This document shows positions 11,709 to 24,140 of a stretch of DNA of 64,000 nt, one piece after another. Position 1 is the stretch's first letter, and each line of letters begins with the position of its first letter. The notes below the pieces were generated by a model. The model searched no databases. It was given only the letters and a program-made list of their open reading frames with translations, and had not been told where the DNA came from. This DNA comes from Malacoraja senta. Its lineage: Eukaryota. The position numbers were made by a program, and so were the translations under genes. The stretch spans positions 1,490,001 through 1,554,000 of the forward strand of contig CM075995.1 in the NCBI GenBank assembly GCA_038087875.1, written 5' to 3'.

Positions 11709-12771
11709 TCATGGATATGCAAGGAATGGAGGGAAACGGATCATGTGTTAGGAGAGAAGATTACTTTAACGTAGCATCACGATCGGCACGGACATTGTGG
11801 GCCGAAGGACCTATTCCTATCAAGTACTTTTTTCATAGTATTGTAGAAACAAAGAACTGCAGATGCTGGTTTATACCAAATATAGGCAGAAAGTGCTGGA
11901 GTAACTCAGCAGGTCAGGCAGCATCACTGGAAGATCTCTGGAGAAAAGGATGAGTGACGTTTCAGGTCAGGTCCCTTCTTCAACGGTTAATGAAGGACTG
12001 AGGAGTCTGAAGAAGGGTTCCGACTAGAAACGTCACCCATCCCTTTTCCTCACAGATGCTGCCTGACCCGCTGAGTTACTCGCACCCTTCCTGTCTGTAC
12101 TTTTTCCACGTTCTATGTTCTTGTCTGCTTTGTAAGTCTCCTGTTTTACAACGGGCAGGGAGGAACTGCAGATGCTGGTTAAAACCGAAAATGGACACAA
12201 AAAAGCTGGAGTGATTCAGCGGACAGGCAGCGTCTCAGGAGAAAAGGAATGGGTGATGCTTCCGGTTGACGGAAGAAGGGGTCTCGGCCCGAAACGTCGC
12301 CCATTCCTTCTCTCCAGAGATGCTGCCTGTCCTGCTGAGTTACTCCAGCTCTTTGTGTCTCTCTCCTGTTCTACCATGTTTTGGGTGTTAACTAAATCCA
12401 TATTGTTGCTGTGTTCTGTTTGTAATTAAGGAAGTATTTGAGGCATTTACTGTTTCCAAGAGCCAACTATTCCAATATGGCCACACTTTTATTTACATAG
12501 CACTTTCAATGTAACTAAAAACCTCTCGAGGCATGTTTCAGAAATAACTGGTGCCAACCTCGATGAGATATTCGATCAAAGTGGTTGGTTTTAATGACTG
12601 TCAAAGGGGACATAGTTAGAGGGGTTTTTTTAGCAGGGGGGGAGGGGGAGTTGGCTCTCCAGAACTTATTGGTCCAGTAGCTTAATACAGATCAGCCAAC
12701 AATGGGGCAATTAAATTCAGGGATATACAAATATACAAATTGGAAGAAAAACAGATATATAATATGGTTAA

Positions 12772-13505
12772 TAGACAATGGACAATAGGTGCAGGAGTAG
12801 GCCATTCGGCCCTTCGAGTCAGCACCGCCATTCACAGGTGATCATGGCTGATCATCCACAATCAGTACCCCGTTCTCTGCCTCCTCCTCATATCCCTTGA
12901 TTCCGTTAACCATAAGAGCTTTATCTAAACTCTCTCTTGAAAGCATCCAGAGAATTAGCCTTCTGAGGCAGAGAATTCCACAGATTCACAACTCTCTGTG
13001 GGTGAAAAAGCTTTTCCTCATCGCTCTAAATGGCTTACCCCTTATTCTTAAACTGTGGCCCCTGGTTGTGGACTCCCCAACATCGGGAACATGTTCCTGC
13101 CTCTAGCGTGTCCAATTCCATCATAATCTTTTATGTTTCAATAAGATCCTCTCTCATCCTTCTAAATTCCAGTGTATACAAGCCCAGTCGCTCCATTCTT
13201 TCAACATATGACAGTCCCACCATCCCCGGAATTAACCTCGTGAACCTACGCTGCACTCCCTCAATAGCAAGAATGTCCTTCCTCAAATTTGGAGACCAAA
13301 ACTGCACACAATACTCCAGGTAGTGGACTCACTAGGGCCCTATACAACTGCAGAAGGACCTCTTTGCTCCTATACTCAACTCCTCTAGTTATGAAGGCCA
13401 ACATGCCATTCGCTTTCTTCACTGTCTGTTGTACCTGCATGCCTACTTTCATTGACTGATGAACAAGGACCCCCCCCCCCCCCCGGATCCCGTTGTACTT
13501 CCCCT
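12772..13505 (-). mobile_element. CR1 (HER1-like) LINE 3' fragment
   Basis: VKKANGMLAFITRG...YCVQFWSP...RRFTRLIPG; 3' UTR with (CTATTGT)n tail. Confidence 0.85.
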
Positions 13506-14144
13506 TGGATACGTAGGCCGGTGTGGGCAAGTTGGGCTGAAGGGCCTGTTTCCACTGTATGACTCTGACTCTATAGGTTCTGCTACAGATGGGATTGTTA
13601 TACAGCTTTGAAGTTCTGGATCCTTTTGGATTCGATACCATTCAACATGGTGATAGTTTTACCCTATGACTCCAACTGAAGCATGTGAATCGTGTACAGG
13701 ACATTGTGCAGTGCCAGCCTGTGGACGTGGATGAGCTCCTACAGTGACTGCTTTGAGTCGGTGGACTGGTCCATATTCACGTGCCCGCGCAGGTGCCAGA
13801 GATCAGGTGATGATGTGCTGCCGAGATCAAAGAGGACCCGACCTGGGGGGGTCACAGAGAAGAAAAAGGGCCCAGCATGGGAGGGCTGCCGAGAGAACAA
13901 GGGGGGGGGGGGGGAGACCATCGGAACGATAACAAATACTTTTGTAACTTTGTCAATTTTGTCAGCGACCTCATAAGGTCATAAGTGATAGGACCAGAAT
14001 TAGGCATTCGGCCCATCAAGTTTACTCCACCATTCAATCATAGCTGATCTATCTCTCCCTCTTAATCCCATTCTCCTGCCCTCTCCCCATAACCTCTGGC
14101 ACCCGTACTAATACACCTACACATGGCTACTCTTTGCATCACAT

Positions 14145-14650
14145 TCTTGCTATTGAGGGAGTGCAGCGTAGGTTCACAAGGTTAATTCCCGGATGGCTGA
14201 CTGTCATATGTTGATAGAAAGAAGCGGCTGGGCTTGTATACTCTGGAATTTCGAATGATGAGTGGGGATCTTATTGAAACATATAATATTATTAAGGGTT
14301 GGACATGCTAGAGGCAGGAAACATGTTCCCGATGTTGGGGGAGTCCAGAACCAGGGGCCACAGTTTAAGAATAAGGGGTAAGCCATTGGAACAGGGATGA
14401 GGAAAAACGTTTTCACCCAGAGTTGTGAGTCTGTGGAATTCTGTGCCCCAAAGGGCGGTGGAGGCCAATTCTCTGGATGCTTTCAAGAGAGAGCTAGACA
14501 GAGCTCTTAAAGATAGCGGAGTCAAGGGATATGGGGAGAAGGCAGGAACGGGGTACTGATTGTGGATGATCAGCCATGATCACATTGAATGGCAGTGCTG
14601 GCTCGAGGTACCGAATGGCCTACTCCTGCACCTATTGTCTATTGTCTACA
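14145..14650 (+). mobile_element. CR1 3' fragment
   Basis: Same C-terminal peptide and 3' UTR. Confidence 0.85.
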
Positions 14651-14754
14651 CTAGTCCCACCTGCCGGCATTTTGGTCCCTCTGAACCTGTCCTATCCATG
14701 TACCTGTCTAATTTTTTCATTAATGGTGCAATAGTCCCTACCTCAACTACCTCT

Positions 14755-15545
14755 TACAATACAATACAATACCATTTATTGTCATTTGAACCTCAAATGA
14801 AGTTCAAAACACAATTCTGTTTCTGCAGTCATACAAACAAGTAAAAAGAACCAAGACACAGCACAATTTACACAAACATCCATCACAGCGAATCTCCTCC
14901 TCGCTGTGATGGAAGGCAAAGTCTTATCTCTCCCCTGCACTTCCATTCTCCTCCCGATGTCAGAGTCAGAGCCCCCGGCGGGCGATGGAAAATAAGTCCC
15001 GCGGCCATTAAAGCCGCGCCGGCCGATGTTAGACCCAGCTCCAGGTCATCTTCAACCCCGCAACTCGGGCGGGAGAAGTTGCCGTTGCGGGAGCCCCGAA
15101 AAGCGGTCTCCCACCAGGACCCGCGAACTCCCGATGTTACGGTCCACCAGACCTGCGGCTGGAGCCTCCGAATCTCCGGGGTCGGGTCACAGCCGCGCGT
15201 CACCGCAGCTCTCCACGCTCCGAACTCGGCCAGCTCCACGATGGTGAGTAGTCCGCAGGCTCCGTGACTGGAGCCCCAGGTCGTTCCAGTTGGAGGCCTC
15301 TCCACGGTGCTAGGCCCCCAACGACAACGGAGACCCGACAGAGAAAGGTTGGGTCCTCCATACAGGGAAAATGTTTTTTTAAGTTTCCCCCTCCCCCCCC
15401 CCCCACATATACACAGTTAAAAACAATATAAAAAAAACACAAACAACTACATTTAACTAGACAAAAATAAAAAAAAAAGACAGACGGACTGCAGTCGAGC
15501 CGCTGCCATTAGGCGCCGCCACTTCCTGAGTCAGCCGCCACTTAT
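14755..15545 (-). mobile_element. GC-rich non-coding retroelement with Rex1-type tail (ATGACAATAAA, (ATTGT)n) inserted in a CR1
   Basis: CR1 sequence resumes on both sides; microsatellite tail; no coding similarity recognised. Confidence 0.6.
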
Positions 15546-16512
15546 GTCAGCTTGTTCCATCCACCCACCACCCTTTGTGTGAAAATGTTACTTCTCAGAT
15601 TCCTATTAAATCTTTCCCCCTTCATCTTGATGCTATGTCCTCTGGTTCTCAATTCCCCCACTCTGGGCAAGAGTGTGCATCTACCCGATCTATTCTTGTC
15701 ATGAATTTATACACTCACCCCCCTGTGTTCCAGGGAATAAAATCCCAGCCTGCTCAACCTTCCCTATAGCTCAGGCCCTCAAGTCCTGGCAACATCCTTG
15801 TACATCTTTTCTGCACTCTTTCCAACTTGACAACAACTTTCCCATCACACGGTGCCCAGAACTGAACACAACACTCCAAATGCGGCCTCGCCAACGTCTT
15901 ATACAACTGCAATATGACCTCCCAACTTCTATACTCAATTCTCTGACTGATGAAGGCCAATGTACCAAAAATCTATTTGACTACCACATTCCTAACAGGC
16001 ACTGCTATTTCCTAACTGTCACTGTATGTCGTTGTCTCTTGCGGGCGGAGCACCAAGGCAAATTCCTTGTATGTGAATACTTGGCCAATAAACTTATTCA
16101 TTCACATCTCTATAGCTCAGGCCCTCAAGTCCTGGCAACATCTCATAAAATCAAGTCAAGGCAAGTCAAGTCAAGTCAAGTTTATTTGTCACATACGCAT
16201 ACGAGATGTGCAGTGAAATGAAAAGTCGCAATGCTCGCGAATTGTGCAAAAAAACTACAAACAGAATAGAACAGAATCAGTAATTACATATTGGTGAGAA
16301 AAAACCAGCAATTTTAAAAGACACAGCACAACAGTAAATTGGTACACAAAAATGCTGGAGAAACTCAGCGGGTGCAGCAGCATCTATGGAGCGAAGGAAA
16401 TTGGTACAATAAGTTAGTCCCTGGTGGGCCAAAGGGCCTGTTTCCTTGCTGTGTTTCTAAAGTAAACTAAACTAAACTAAATTAAATTAAACACAACAGA
16501 CCTGACACGGGG

Positions 16513-17313
16513 AATAATAATAATAATAATAATATCTTTTATTGTCATTGCACGTCAGTGCAACGAGATTTAGTATGCAGCTCCACCGATGTACAAGAAA
16601 AGTAAAATAAATAAATAAGCAAGCTGAGTGACGTGACCATCCGAGGGAGACTGTCCAGGGGGGGTGGATGGGAGGGGGGGCACTCAGCAGGGCCGGTTCA
16701 GAGCCGCTACAGCTCTTGGAATAAAGCTGTTTCTGAGTCTGGAGGTTCGGGCGTAGAAGGCCTTGTAACGTCTGTCGGAGGGAATTAGTTCAAACAGTCC
16801 GTTACAAGGGTGTGATGAGTCCTTATGGATGCTGACGCCCTTCCTGAGGCACCGTGTGTGGTAGATGCCCTCCAAGGCTGGTAGCTCTGTCCCAATGATC
16901 CTCTGCGCTCTGTGGACGACGCGCTGAAGAGCTCTCCTCTCCGCCTCCGTGCAGCTGAGATACCATACAGAGATGCCATACGTTAATATGCTCTCTGTGG
17001 TGCAGCGGTAGAACGTTGTCAGCAGCTGTTGGGGCAGACCAGTCTTTTTTAATGTCCTCAGGAAGAACAGTCGTTGCTGTGCCTTCTTGACCAGCGCAGC
17101 GGTGTTGGTGGACCATGTGAGGTCCTCTGAAATGTGAGTGCCCAGAAACTTAAAGCTGGACACTCTCTCCACACTTTCCCCGTAAATGGAGATTGGGGCA
17201 TATTCTCCATTATGGGACCTCCTGAAGTCAATAATCAGCTCCCTGGTCTTGGAGGTGTTTAGTGACAAGTTGTTATGAGCGCACCAGTCCGCCAGGTTCT
17301 GCACCTCCGCTCT
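16513..17313 (-). mobile_element. 5'-truncated Rex1/Babar-type LINE with an uninterrupted C-terminal ORF (16684-17304)
   Basis: WCAHNNLSLNTSKT, FKFLGTHI, KKAQQRLFFLR, RTSRLRNSFIP; (ATT)n tail. Confidence 0.9.
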
Positions 17314-17580
17314 GGGATTGGGATGTTGGAATTGGGATGTTGGAATGAAAACTGAAGTTTGTTGTACAAAGACATACTTTGTTGAAAGAGAAGATAATAA
17401 TCAGTGAGCTACTTTAAAAAAAAATCACTTGATTGTTCCAAAAGATATGCAAGAGAACATCTGAGAGTCCGGTCAGGATGAGTGCATTGCCGAAGCTAAC
17501 TTAAAGAAAACACTGAGAGAGATGATATAAGATTTAATGAATTGAGCCAAGAAGTGACAGTTTCCGCAAGTCAACTCGAA

Positions 17581-17892
17581 TACGGTGGCGCAGCAGTCGA
17601 GTTGCTGCCTGACAACACCAGAGTCCCGGGTTCGATCCTGACTACGGGTGCTGTCTGTATGGAGTTTGTACGTTCTCCCTGTGACCGCGTGGGTTTTCGC
17701 CGAGATACTCAGTTTCCTCACACACTCCAAAGACGTACAGATTTGTAGGTTAATTGGCTTTGGTAAAATTGTAAATGGTCCATAATGTGTGTAGGATAGT
17801 GTCAATGTGCTGGGTGATCGCTGGTCGGCGCGGACCCCCTGTTGAGTCGAAGGGCCTGTTTCCGTGCTGTATATCTAAACAAAACCAAACTC
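17581..17892 (+). mobile_element. HE1-like V-SINE
   Basis: Head, V-domain and tail. Confidence 0.85.
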
Positions 17893-17990
17893 AATAGACA
17901 ATAGAAAATAGGTGGGGGAGTAGGCCATTCGGCCCTTTGAGCCAGCACCACCATTCACTGTGATCAAGGCTGATCATCCACAATCAGTAA

Positions 17991-18267
17991 AGGGCCTGTC
18001 CCACTTAGGCGATTTTTTAGGCGACTGCCAGCGACTAGGACAATGGAATTCACCGAAGTCAGCACCGGCGACAACCTACGTTAACCTGGCGACAACCTAT
18101 GACAACCTACGACAACCTACGACAACCTACGACAACCTACGACAACCTACGACAACCTACGACAGCCCAAACTGTCGCCACTGTCGCCGAAACTTTTTCA
18201 ACATGTTGAAAATTATTTGGCAGTCGCCTGTAGTCGCCTAAAAAATCGCCGAAGTGGGACAGGCCCT
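17991..18267. mobile_element. PIF/Harbinger-type MITE with an internal (ACGACAACCT)n array
   Basis: TIR AGGGCCTGTCCCACTT(A/C)GGCGATTTTT; 10-bp tandem repeat at ~18070-18165; inserted in a CR1 3' end. Confidence 0.85.
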
Positions 18268-18300
18268 GAACCCGTTACCCTAAAGTGGAGACAATTCCAA

Positions 18301-18378
18301 TACTATTGATACCATTCCTCTATGGTACCATTCTATTGATACCATTCCTCTATGGTATCATTCTATTGATACCATTCC
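18301..18378. repeat. 30-bp tandem repeat (~2.6 copies)
   Basis: Unit CTATTGATACCATTCCTCTATGGTACCATT. Confidence 0.8.
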
Positions 18379-18587
18379 GAATGGGGCCTGGATTGGAGGC
18401 TATTACCTAAAAGGAATCCAGTCTGAAGAAGGGTCTCGACCCAAAATGTCACCCACTCCTTCTCTCCAGAGATGCTGCCTGTCTGAGTTACTCCAGCATT
18501 TTGTGTCTATCTTCGATTTAAACCAGCATCTGCAGTTTCTTCCTACAGCTAAAAGGACAGGTTGGACAGACAGATTGCTTTTCTCTG

Positions 18588-19490
18588 AAACATAGAAACA
18601 TATAAAATAGGTGCAGGAGTAGGCCATTCGGCCCTTCGAGCCATTCAATATGACCATGGCTGATCATCCAAAATCAGTACCCCGTTCTGGCTTTTTCCCC
18701 ATAGCCCTTGATTCCCTTAGCCCTAAGAGCTAAATCTAAGTCTCTCTTGAAAGCATCCAGTGAATTGGCCTCCACTGTCTTCTGTGGCAGAGAATTTCAC
18801 AGATTCGCAACTCTCTGGGTGAAAACGTTTTTCCTCATCTCAGTCCGAAAAGCCTACCCCTTATTCTTAAACTGTGACTCTTAGTTCTGGAGTCCCCCAA
18901 CATCAGAAAGATTTTTTCCTGCATCTACCCTGTCCAATCCTCTAAGAATTTTATGTTCCTATAAGATTCCCTCTCAATCTTCCAAATTCCAGCGGATACA
19001 AGCCCAGTCGACCCATTCTTTCATCATATGTCAGTCCCACCATCCCGGGAATTAACCTGGTGAACCTACGCTGCACTCCCTTCCTCAAATTAGGAGACCA
19101 AAATTGCACACAATATTTCAGGTGCGGTCTCACCTATACAACTGCAGTAGAACCTCCTTGCTCCTAAACTCAAATCCTCTCGCAATGAAGGCCAACATGC
19201 CTTCAGCTTTCTTCACTGCCTGCTGTACCTGCATGCTTACTTTCAGTGACTAATGTACAAGCACACCCAGGTCTCGTTGCACCTCCCCTTCTCCTAATCT
19301 GACACCATCCAGATAATAATCTGCCTTCCTGTTCTTGCCACCAAAGTGGATAACCTCACATTCATCCGCATTGTTCTGCATCTGCCATGCATCTGCCCAC
19401 TCACCCAACCTATCCAAGTCACCCTGCAGCCTCATAGCATCCTCCTCGCAGCTCACCCCGCCACCCAGCTTTGTGTCATCTGCAAACTTA
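18588..19490 (-). mobile_element. CR1 3' fragment including RT FADD
   Basis: KFADDTKLGG...LQGDLDRLGEWA. Confidence 0.88.
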
Positions 19491-19858
19491 GGGATCGGAG
19501 ACCAGAGGGAGACCTGATACAAGTAACATCTAAAATTCTTAAGGGATTGGACAGGCTAAATGCAGGAAAAATGTGGGAGGAAACCAGAGCACCTGGAGAA
19601 AACCCACGCGGTCACGGGGAGAACGTACAAACTCACAGACAGCTACCCTGGTCAGGATCAAACCCGGGTCTCTGGTGCTGCAAGGCATCAACTCTACCGC
19701 TGCGCCTCCGTGCCGCCCCTATTCATGGAATGGAGGAATAAGAACTGCACAACTCCTGAAGTGAGTTTTGCTTTAATTTGTTGAGCATTAGATGTTGCGC
19801 ACGCACCTGCTGCATGCACATGCACATTCTCACTCACATTGATTTACACACATGCATG

Positions 19859-19900
<42 letters not shown>

Positions 19901-19917
19901 TGTGGCATGTAGCAAGG

Positions 19918-20248
19918 GCGTCACGGTGGCACAGCGGTAGAGTTGCTGCCTTGCAGCGCCAGAGGCCCGGGTTCGATCACGACTACGGGCGCTGTCTGCA
20001 CGGAGTTTGTACGTTCTCCCCGTGTCCTCGTGGGGTTTCTCCGAGATCTTTGGTCTCCTCCCAGGTTTGTAGGTTAATTACGTACAGGTTTGTAGTTTAA
20101 TTGGCTTGGTGTAACTGTAAAAAAAATGTCCCTAGTGTGTTTAGTGTAGTGTTGATGTGCTGGGATCACTGGTCGGCCTCCTTCGACCTCTTTATCACTC
20201 GGTGGGCCAAAGAACCTGTTTCTGCGCTGTATCTCTAAACTAAACTCA
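19918..20248 (+). mobile_element. HE1-like V-SINE (another partial copy at 19571-19716, minus strand)
   Basis: Head, V-domain and tail. Confidence 0.8.
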
Positions 20249-20609
20249 AGTAAACACACGCACACATGCAGAGTAAGATGGGGATGGTGTAAATCGAAAA
20301 ATTAGAGACACAAGTGCAAGAATAATACAATTATCAACGGAGACTGATCTATATATAGACTCGGCAAACAAATTAATAGAATATTATGCAAAACATATTA
20401 ATGGAATTTATAAGAGGTTTTATTTTCTGGATCAGTATGCTGAGGAGTCAAAGAATGACAGGTTATTTAAAATATAATATTGTATAATGACAAAGGATCA
20501 ATTAATAATCTGGCGGGATTTATTAATAATGAATAATTAATGATATGGCAGGATTAAAAATTAATTTAGGGAGGATTGATCAAAAGACAACAGAATTTTA
20601 TAAAATAAT

Positions 20610-20778
20610 ACGTGTGTGTGTGTTTGAGTAGGCGTGTGTGTTGTGTGTGTGTTTGTGTGCGTGTATCATGTGTGTGTGTGAGAATGTGCGTGTCAGAGAT
20701 AATTTGTGCATGAGAGAGTGTGTGTGTGTATGTGTAGCATATATGTGTGTGAGAATGTGTGTGCGTGTGAGAGAGAAT
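20610..20778. repeat. (TG)n/GAGAAT compound microsatellite, left part; continues at 25493-25842 after DIRS copy A
   Basis: Same composition on both sides of the element. Confidence 0.9.
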
Positions 20779-21005
20779 AGTAAGATTAAACGAGAACTTA
20801 CCAGTTTGAAGTTTGATCTTTATTTTATGAGGAGTTACGTTGGTGATTACGTGAAGAACCCCGCCAGTGCGCCTGCGCGTCAATCTTCAAAGCAGCGGTG
20901 TGAAATCACAAAAAACAACAAACTAAGTAATATAGTAGCATAATAAAACGAGTAATTCAAGAACTTCCATCTGACCTTTATGATAGAGGTTTGGGTCGTG
21001 GTGGA

Positions 21006-21114
21006 CACGTAATCACCAACGTAACTCCTCATAAAATAAAGATCAAACTTCAAACTCGTAAGTTCTCGTTTAATCTTACTATTTTACTTCGGAGTCACGT
21101 GACTACGTGAAGAA
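21006..21114 (-). promoter_or_regulatory. DIRS internal complementary region (ICR) of copy A
   Basis: 21006-21083 is the reverse complement of terminus 20776-20852 (1 mismatch). It is followed directly by TTACTTCGGAGTCACGTGACTACGTGAAGAA, complementary to the other terminus (25458-25492). Confidence 0.92.
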
Positions 21115-21287
21115 TTTAAAGCTTTGTGATTTCATGCCGCAGACAAATCCCGGCTTCTCACTGCATTGATTGACTCGGAACGAGAAATAATCAATAATGC
21201 ATTAATAATAACATTTGCACCACAAATGCAGTAATTCATTTATTTTAATAATGAAAATTAATCAGATCCCCTTTAAACCAGAGGAAT

Positions 21288-22269
21288 TTACACAGAACTT
21301 AAAATAGTTTCTGCAAACAATCCCGCATTGACAATAGGCCGATGGTAAAACTGTTGAAACATCAACTCATTGGACCACCCGGCGGCTGCGAGAATATGGT
21401 CGATGGGGACGTCTTTCGCCCTGGCTGCCGACGTTGCTGCTGCCCAAATCGAGTGAGACGTAAAAACATCAGTGTTAAATACCAGCAGCTGTTAAGACTT
21501 CTTTTAACCATCTTGAAATAGTCTGTACTGAGACTCTTTTGTGTGGTTTCTTGTGTGTGATAAAAAACCCAGTTTCCGTATTTCTGAAAACCTTTGTGAC
21601 CTCAATGTATTGTAACAAATATGCCTTAATACAGAGACGAGGATCATTTGGATATGCTGCTAGCACAATTTTAAATCCTGTCACACCTGGCCTACTTTGC
21701 TTTAGTAGGTCATAAATATAGAATGTAACATTATCTTCAGTTACTTCCATCCTGTCTATTTGTAATTTTTGAAATGTCTGCACTCGTTGTGCTGTCACTA
21801 ATGCCATAAGCATGACCACTTTCACACTGAGTTTGGCCAAAGGTAAAGACACACTTGGTGACCATTCACAAAGTAGTTTCAGAACCACACTCACATCCCA
21901 GATTGTCATGTACCTCGGCTTAGGAGGTCTGGAATTAAAAATTCCTTTCATTAGTCTGGAGACAAGTGGGTGCGACCGAATTGGATTTCTTTCTGAATCC
22001 ACAACCAAATACGAGGACAATGCACTTCTGGCTGAATTAATTGCACTATAACTCAAGCCTTCATCATAATAAAGTGTTGACAGAAATTCTAAAACATTTG
22101 AAATATCTGCCGTACTATATTCAACATTCTTTTGTACACAGAACTCTTCCCATTTCTTAATATAAGAAAGGTACTGTTTTTGAGTGCTCTTCCTCCAGGC
22201 TGCCGTAAGCATGTCCACAGTACACTCAGACAGTCCTCGCCCCAGAAAAGGCCTTCTTAAAACCAGCAA
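21288..22269 (-). pseudogene. DIRS ORF3 tyrosine recombinase (copy A), frameshifted
   Basis: SAINSARSALSS, LVTAQRVQ and TISRWLK motifs. A +1 frameshift at ~21476 continues as ...FTSHSIWAAATS...AAGWS...FQQFYHRP. The H-x-x-R arginine is mutated to W (CGG>TGG); the catalytic Tyr region is present. Confidence 0.9.
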
Positions 22270-24140
22270 ATTAACAAATCCAAACGATCATATAATGGAT
22301 GTTGTTCCCCTGTCACCGGGTGCAGCAGTAGATTGCTTCTTTTTGGGACTTTCATCAAAGTCTGTGTCGTTAATTCTAATATTAAAGGATATCATGGCTG
22401 TGTAGGCCAATCTGGTACCACCAGTACCCCTGAAGCAGCATCTTGCCTGATTTTAAGCAAACATCGGCTTATGAGGCAGAAAGGTGGAAATGCATATAAA
22501 AACATACCACCCCAATGTAGCGAGAAAGCATCAACCGCTACTGCTCCTGGATCTGGTTCCCAAGACACATATCTCGATAGTTGTGATTTAGTCTAGATGC
22601 GAACAAGTCGATGTCTGGCATTCCAAATCTGATTATTATGTCATTGAATACCTCTCGATTTAACATCCATTCTTTATTATCATGGAACTTTCTTGACCTG
22701 GTGTCTGCTATCGTATTCAATCTACCTGGTAGATGGATAGCTGAAATCCAAATATTCTTTTCGATACACCAAGACCAAATTTGATTAGCCATTTTGTCAC
22801 ATGACACCGACTTGATTCCACCCATATGATTAATATAGGCAACTGCTGTTGTGTTATCAATTTGAACTTGAACATGCAGATTAGTTCTGTTATAACAGTA
22901 AGCTTGGAGTCCATAGAAACATTCTAAAAGCTCCAAATAGTTAATTCCCCATGTCTGCAGTAACAATGACTCTTCCTGGTTCCATCTGCCTCCACAGCTG
23001 GATGCTAAGTCAGTTGCACCCCATCCTAGTGCACTGGCATCAGTTTGTAATATCATGGAAGGTTGTTCAATCAGTACTTTGCTGAAACTGCTTGAGACAT
23101 GTAGAATCCACCACTGCAGATCAGAAACAGCATTTGTTGTTAGTTGCATGGTTCTATCAAAATGACCAGCATGCATCCTCAGTGCCTGTTCTTTAATTCT
23201 CTGCAGCTGTTGATAATGTAATGGCCCGTATTGGACTGCTGGGAATGCTGCTACTAATTTTCCCAGTACTCTAGCCACCTGTCTGATTGAAGGTTTTTGC
23301 TCGTTTAGCAGATTACTGCAATCTTCAATCAACTCCACCCTTTTTTCTCTGAGCAAAGTAATTTTCATTTGAACTGAATCAATTGTGAACCCTAAATAAT
23401 CAATTGAGGTACATGGTATTAGCCTTGATTTCTTTGGATGAATTAGAAACCCCAAACTTTCAAAAGTGCATTTCACAACTGAAACAGATGATTCTGTTGT
23501 CTCTTTTGTCCTTCCTATAATCAGGACATCATCCAAGTATGCCATTAGTACATGCCCCTGGCTTCTCAGCAACCCCAAAATTGGTTTTAACAATTTGGTG
23601 AATATTCTGGGAGCTGAAGTTAACCCATTAGGCAGAGCTTTAGACTGCCATAACTGGTTCACCCAGGTAAATTTAAGATACTTTCTATCTTCGAAATGAA
23701 CAGACAATGAATAATATGCATCTTTTAGATCTATAGTTGCCATATAACATGCTTCTGAAATAAGTTACTTGGCAGTTACAAACGTCTCCATTTTAAAATG
23801 TCTAAACTGAACAAAAGGATTCAGACTTGTCAAGTCTAGAATAATCCTACATCCTCCATCCTTTTTTGATCGAGGGAATACATTTGACACAAATTGGTGA
23901 GTTTGGTAAATTGATTTTTCAATAACACCTTTTTTATATAGGTTTTCAAGTGCAGCTTGAACCTCCATCACTTCTTTTTGTGAAAAGTGGAGGATTCTGC
24001 TAGGAACATGCTGGATGGGCAAATCATAATTTGGATTGAATTCAATTGGAAATCCTTGTATACTATTCAGAATTACAGGATCTGAAGTAATCTACTTCCA
24101 ATCTTTATAGAAGAGATGTAATCTGCCTCCAACTTTTGGA
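22257..24140 (-). pseudogene. DIRS ORF2 reverse transcriptase / RNase H / methyltransferase-like (copy A), disrupted
   Basis: Motifs KKDGGCRIILDL, IDLKDAY, LPNGL, YLDD, TDAS, DNTT, DLFASRLN, YAFPPF. In-frame stops at 24092 and 23765 and a frameshift near 22580 (NH|QLSRYVSWEPD restored in another frame). Confidence 0.9.
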
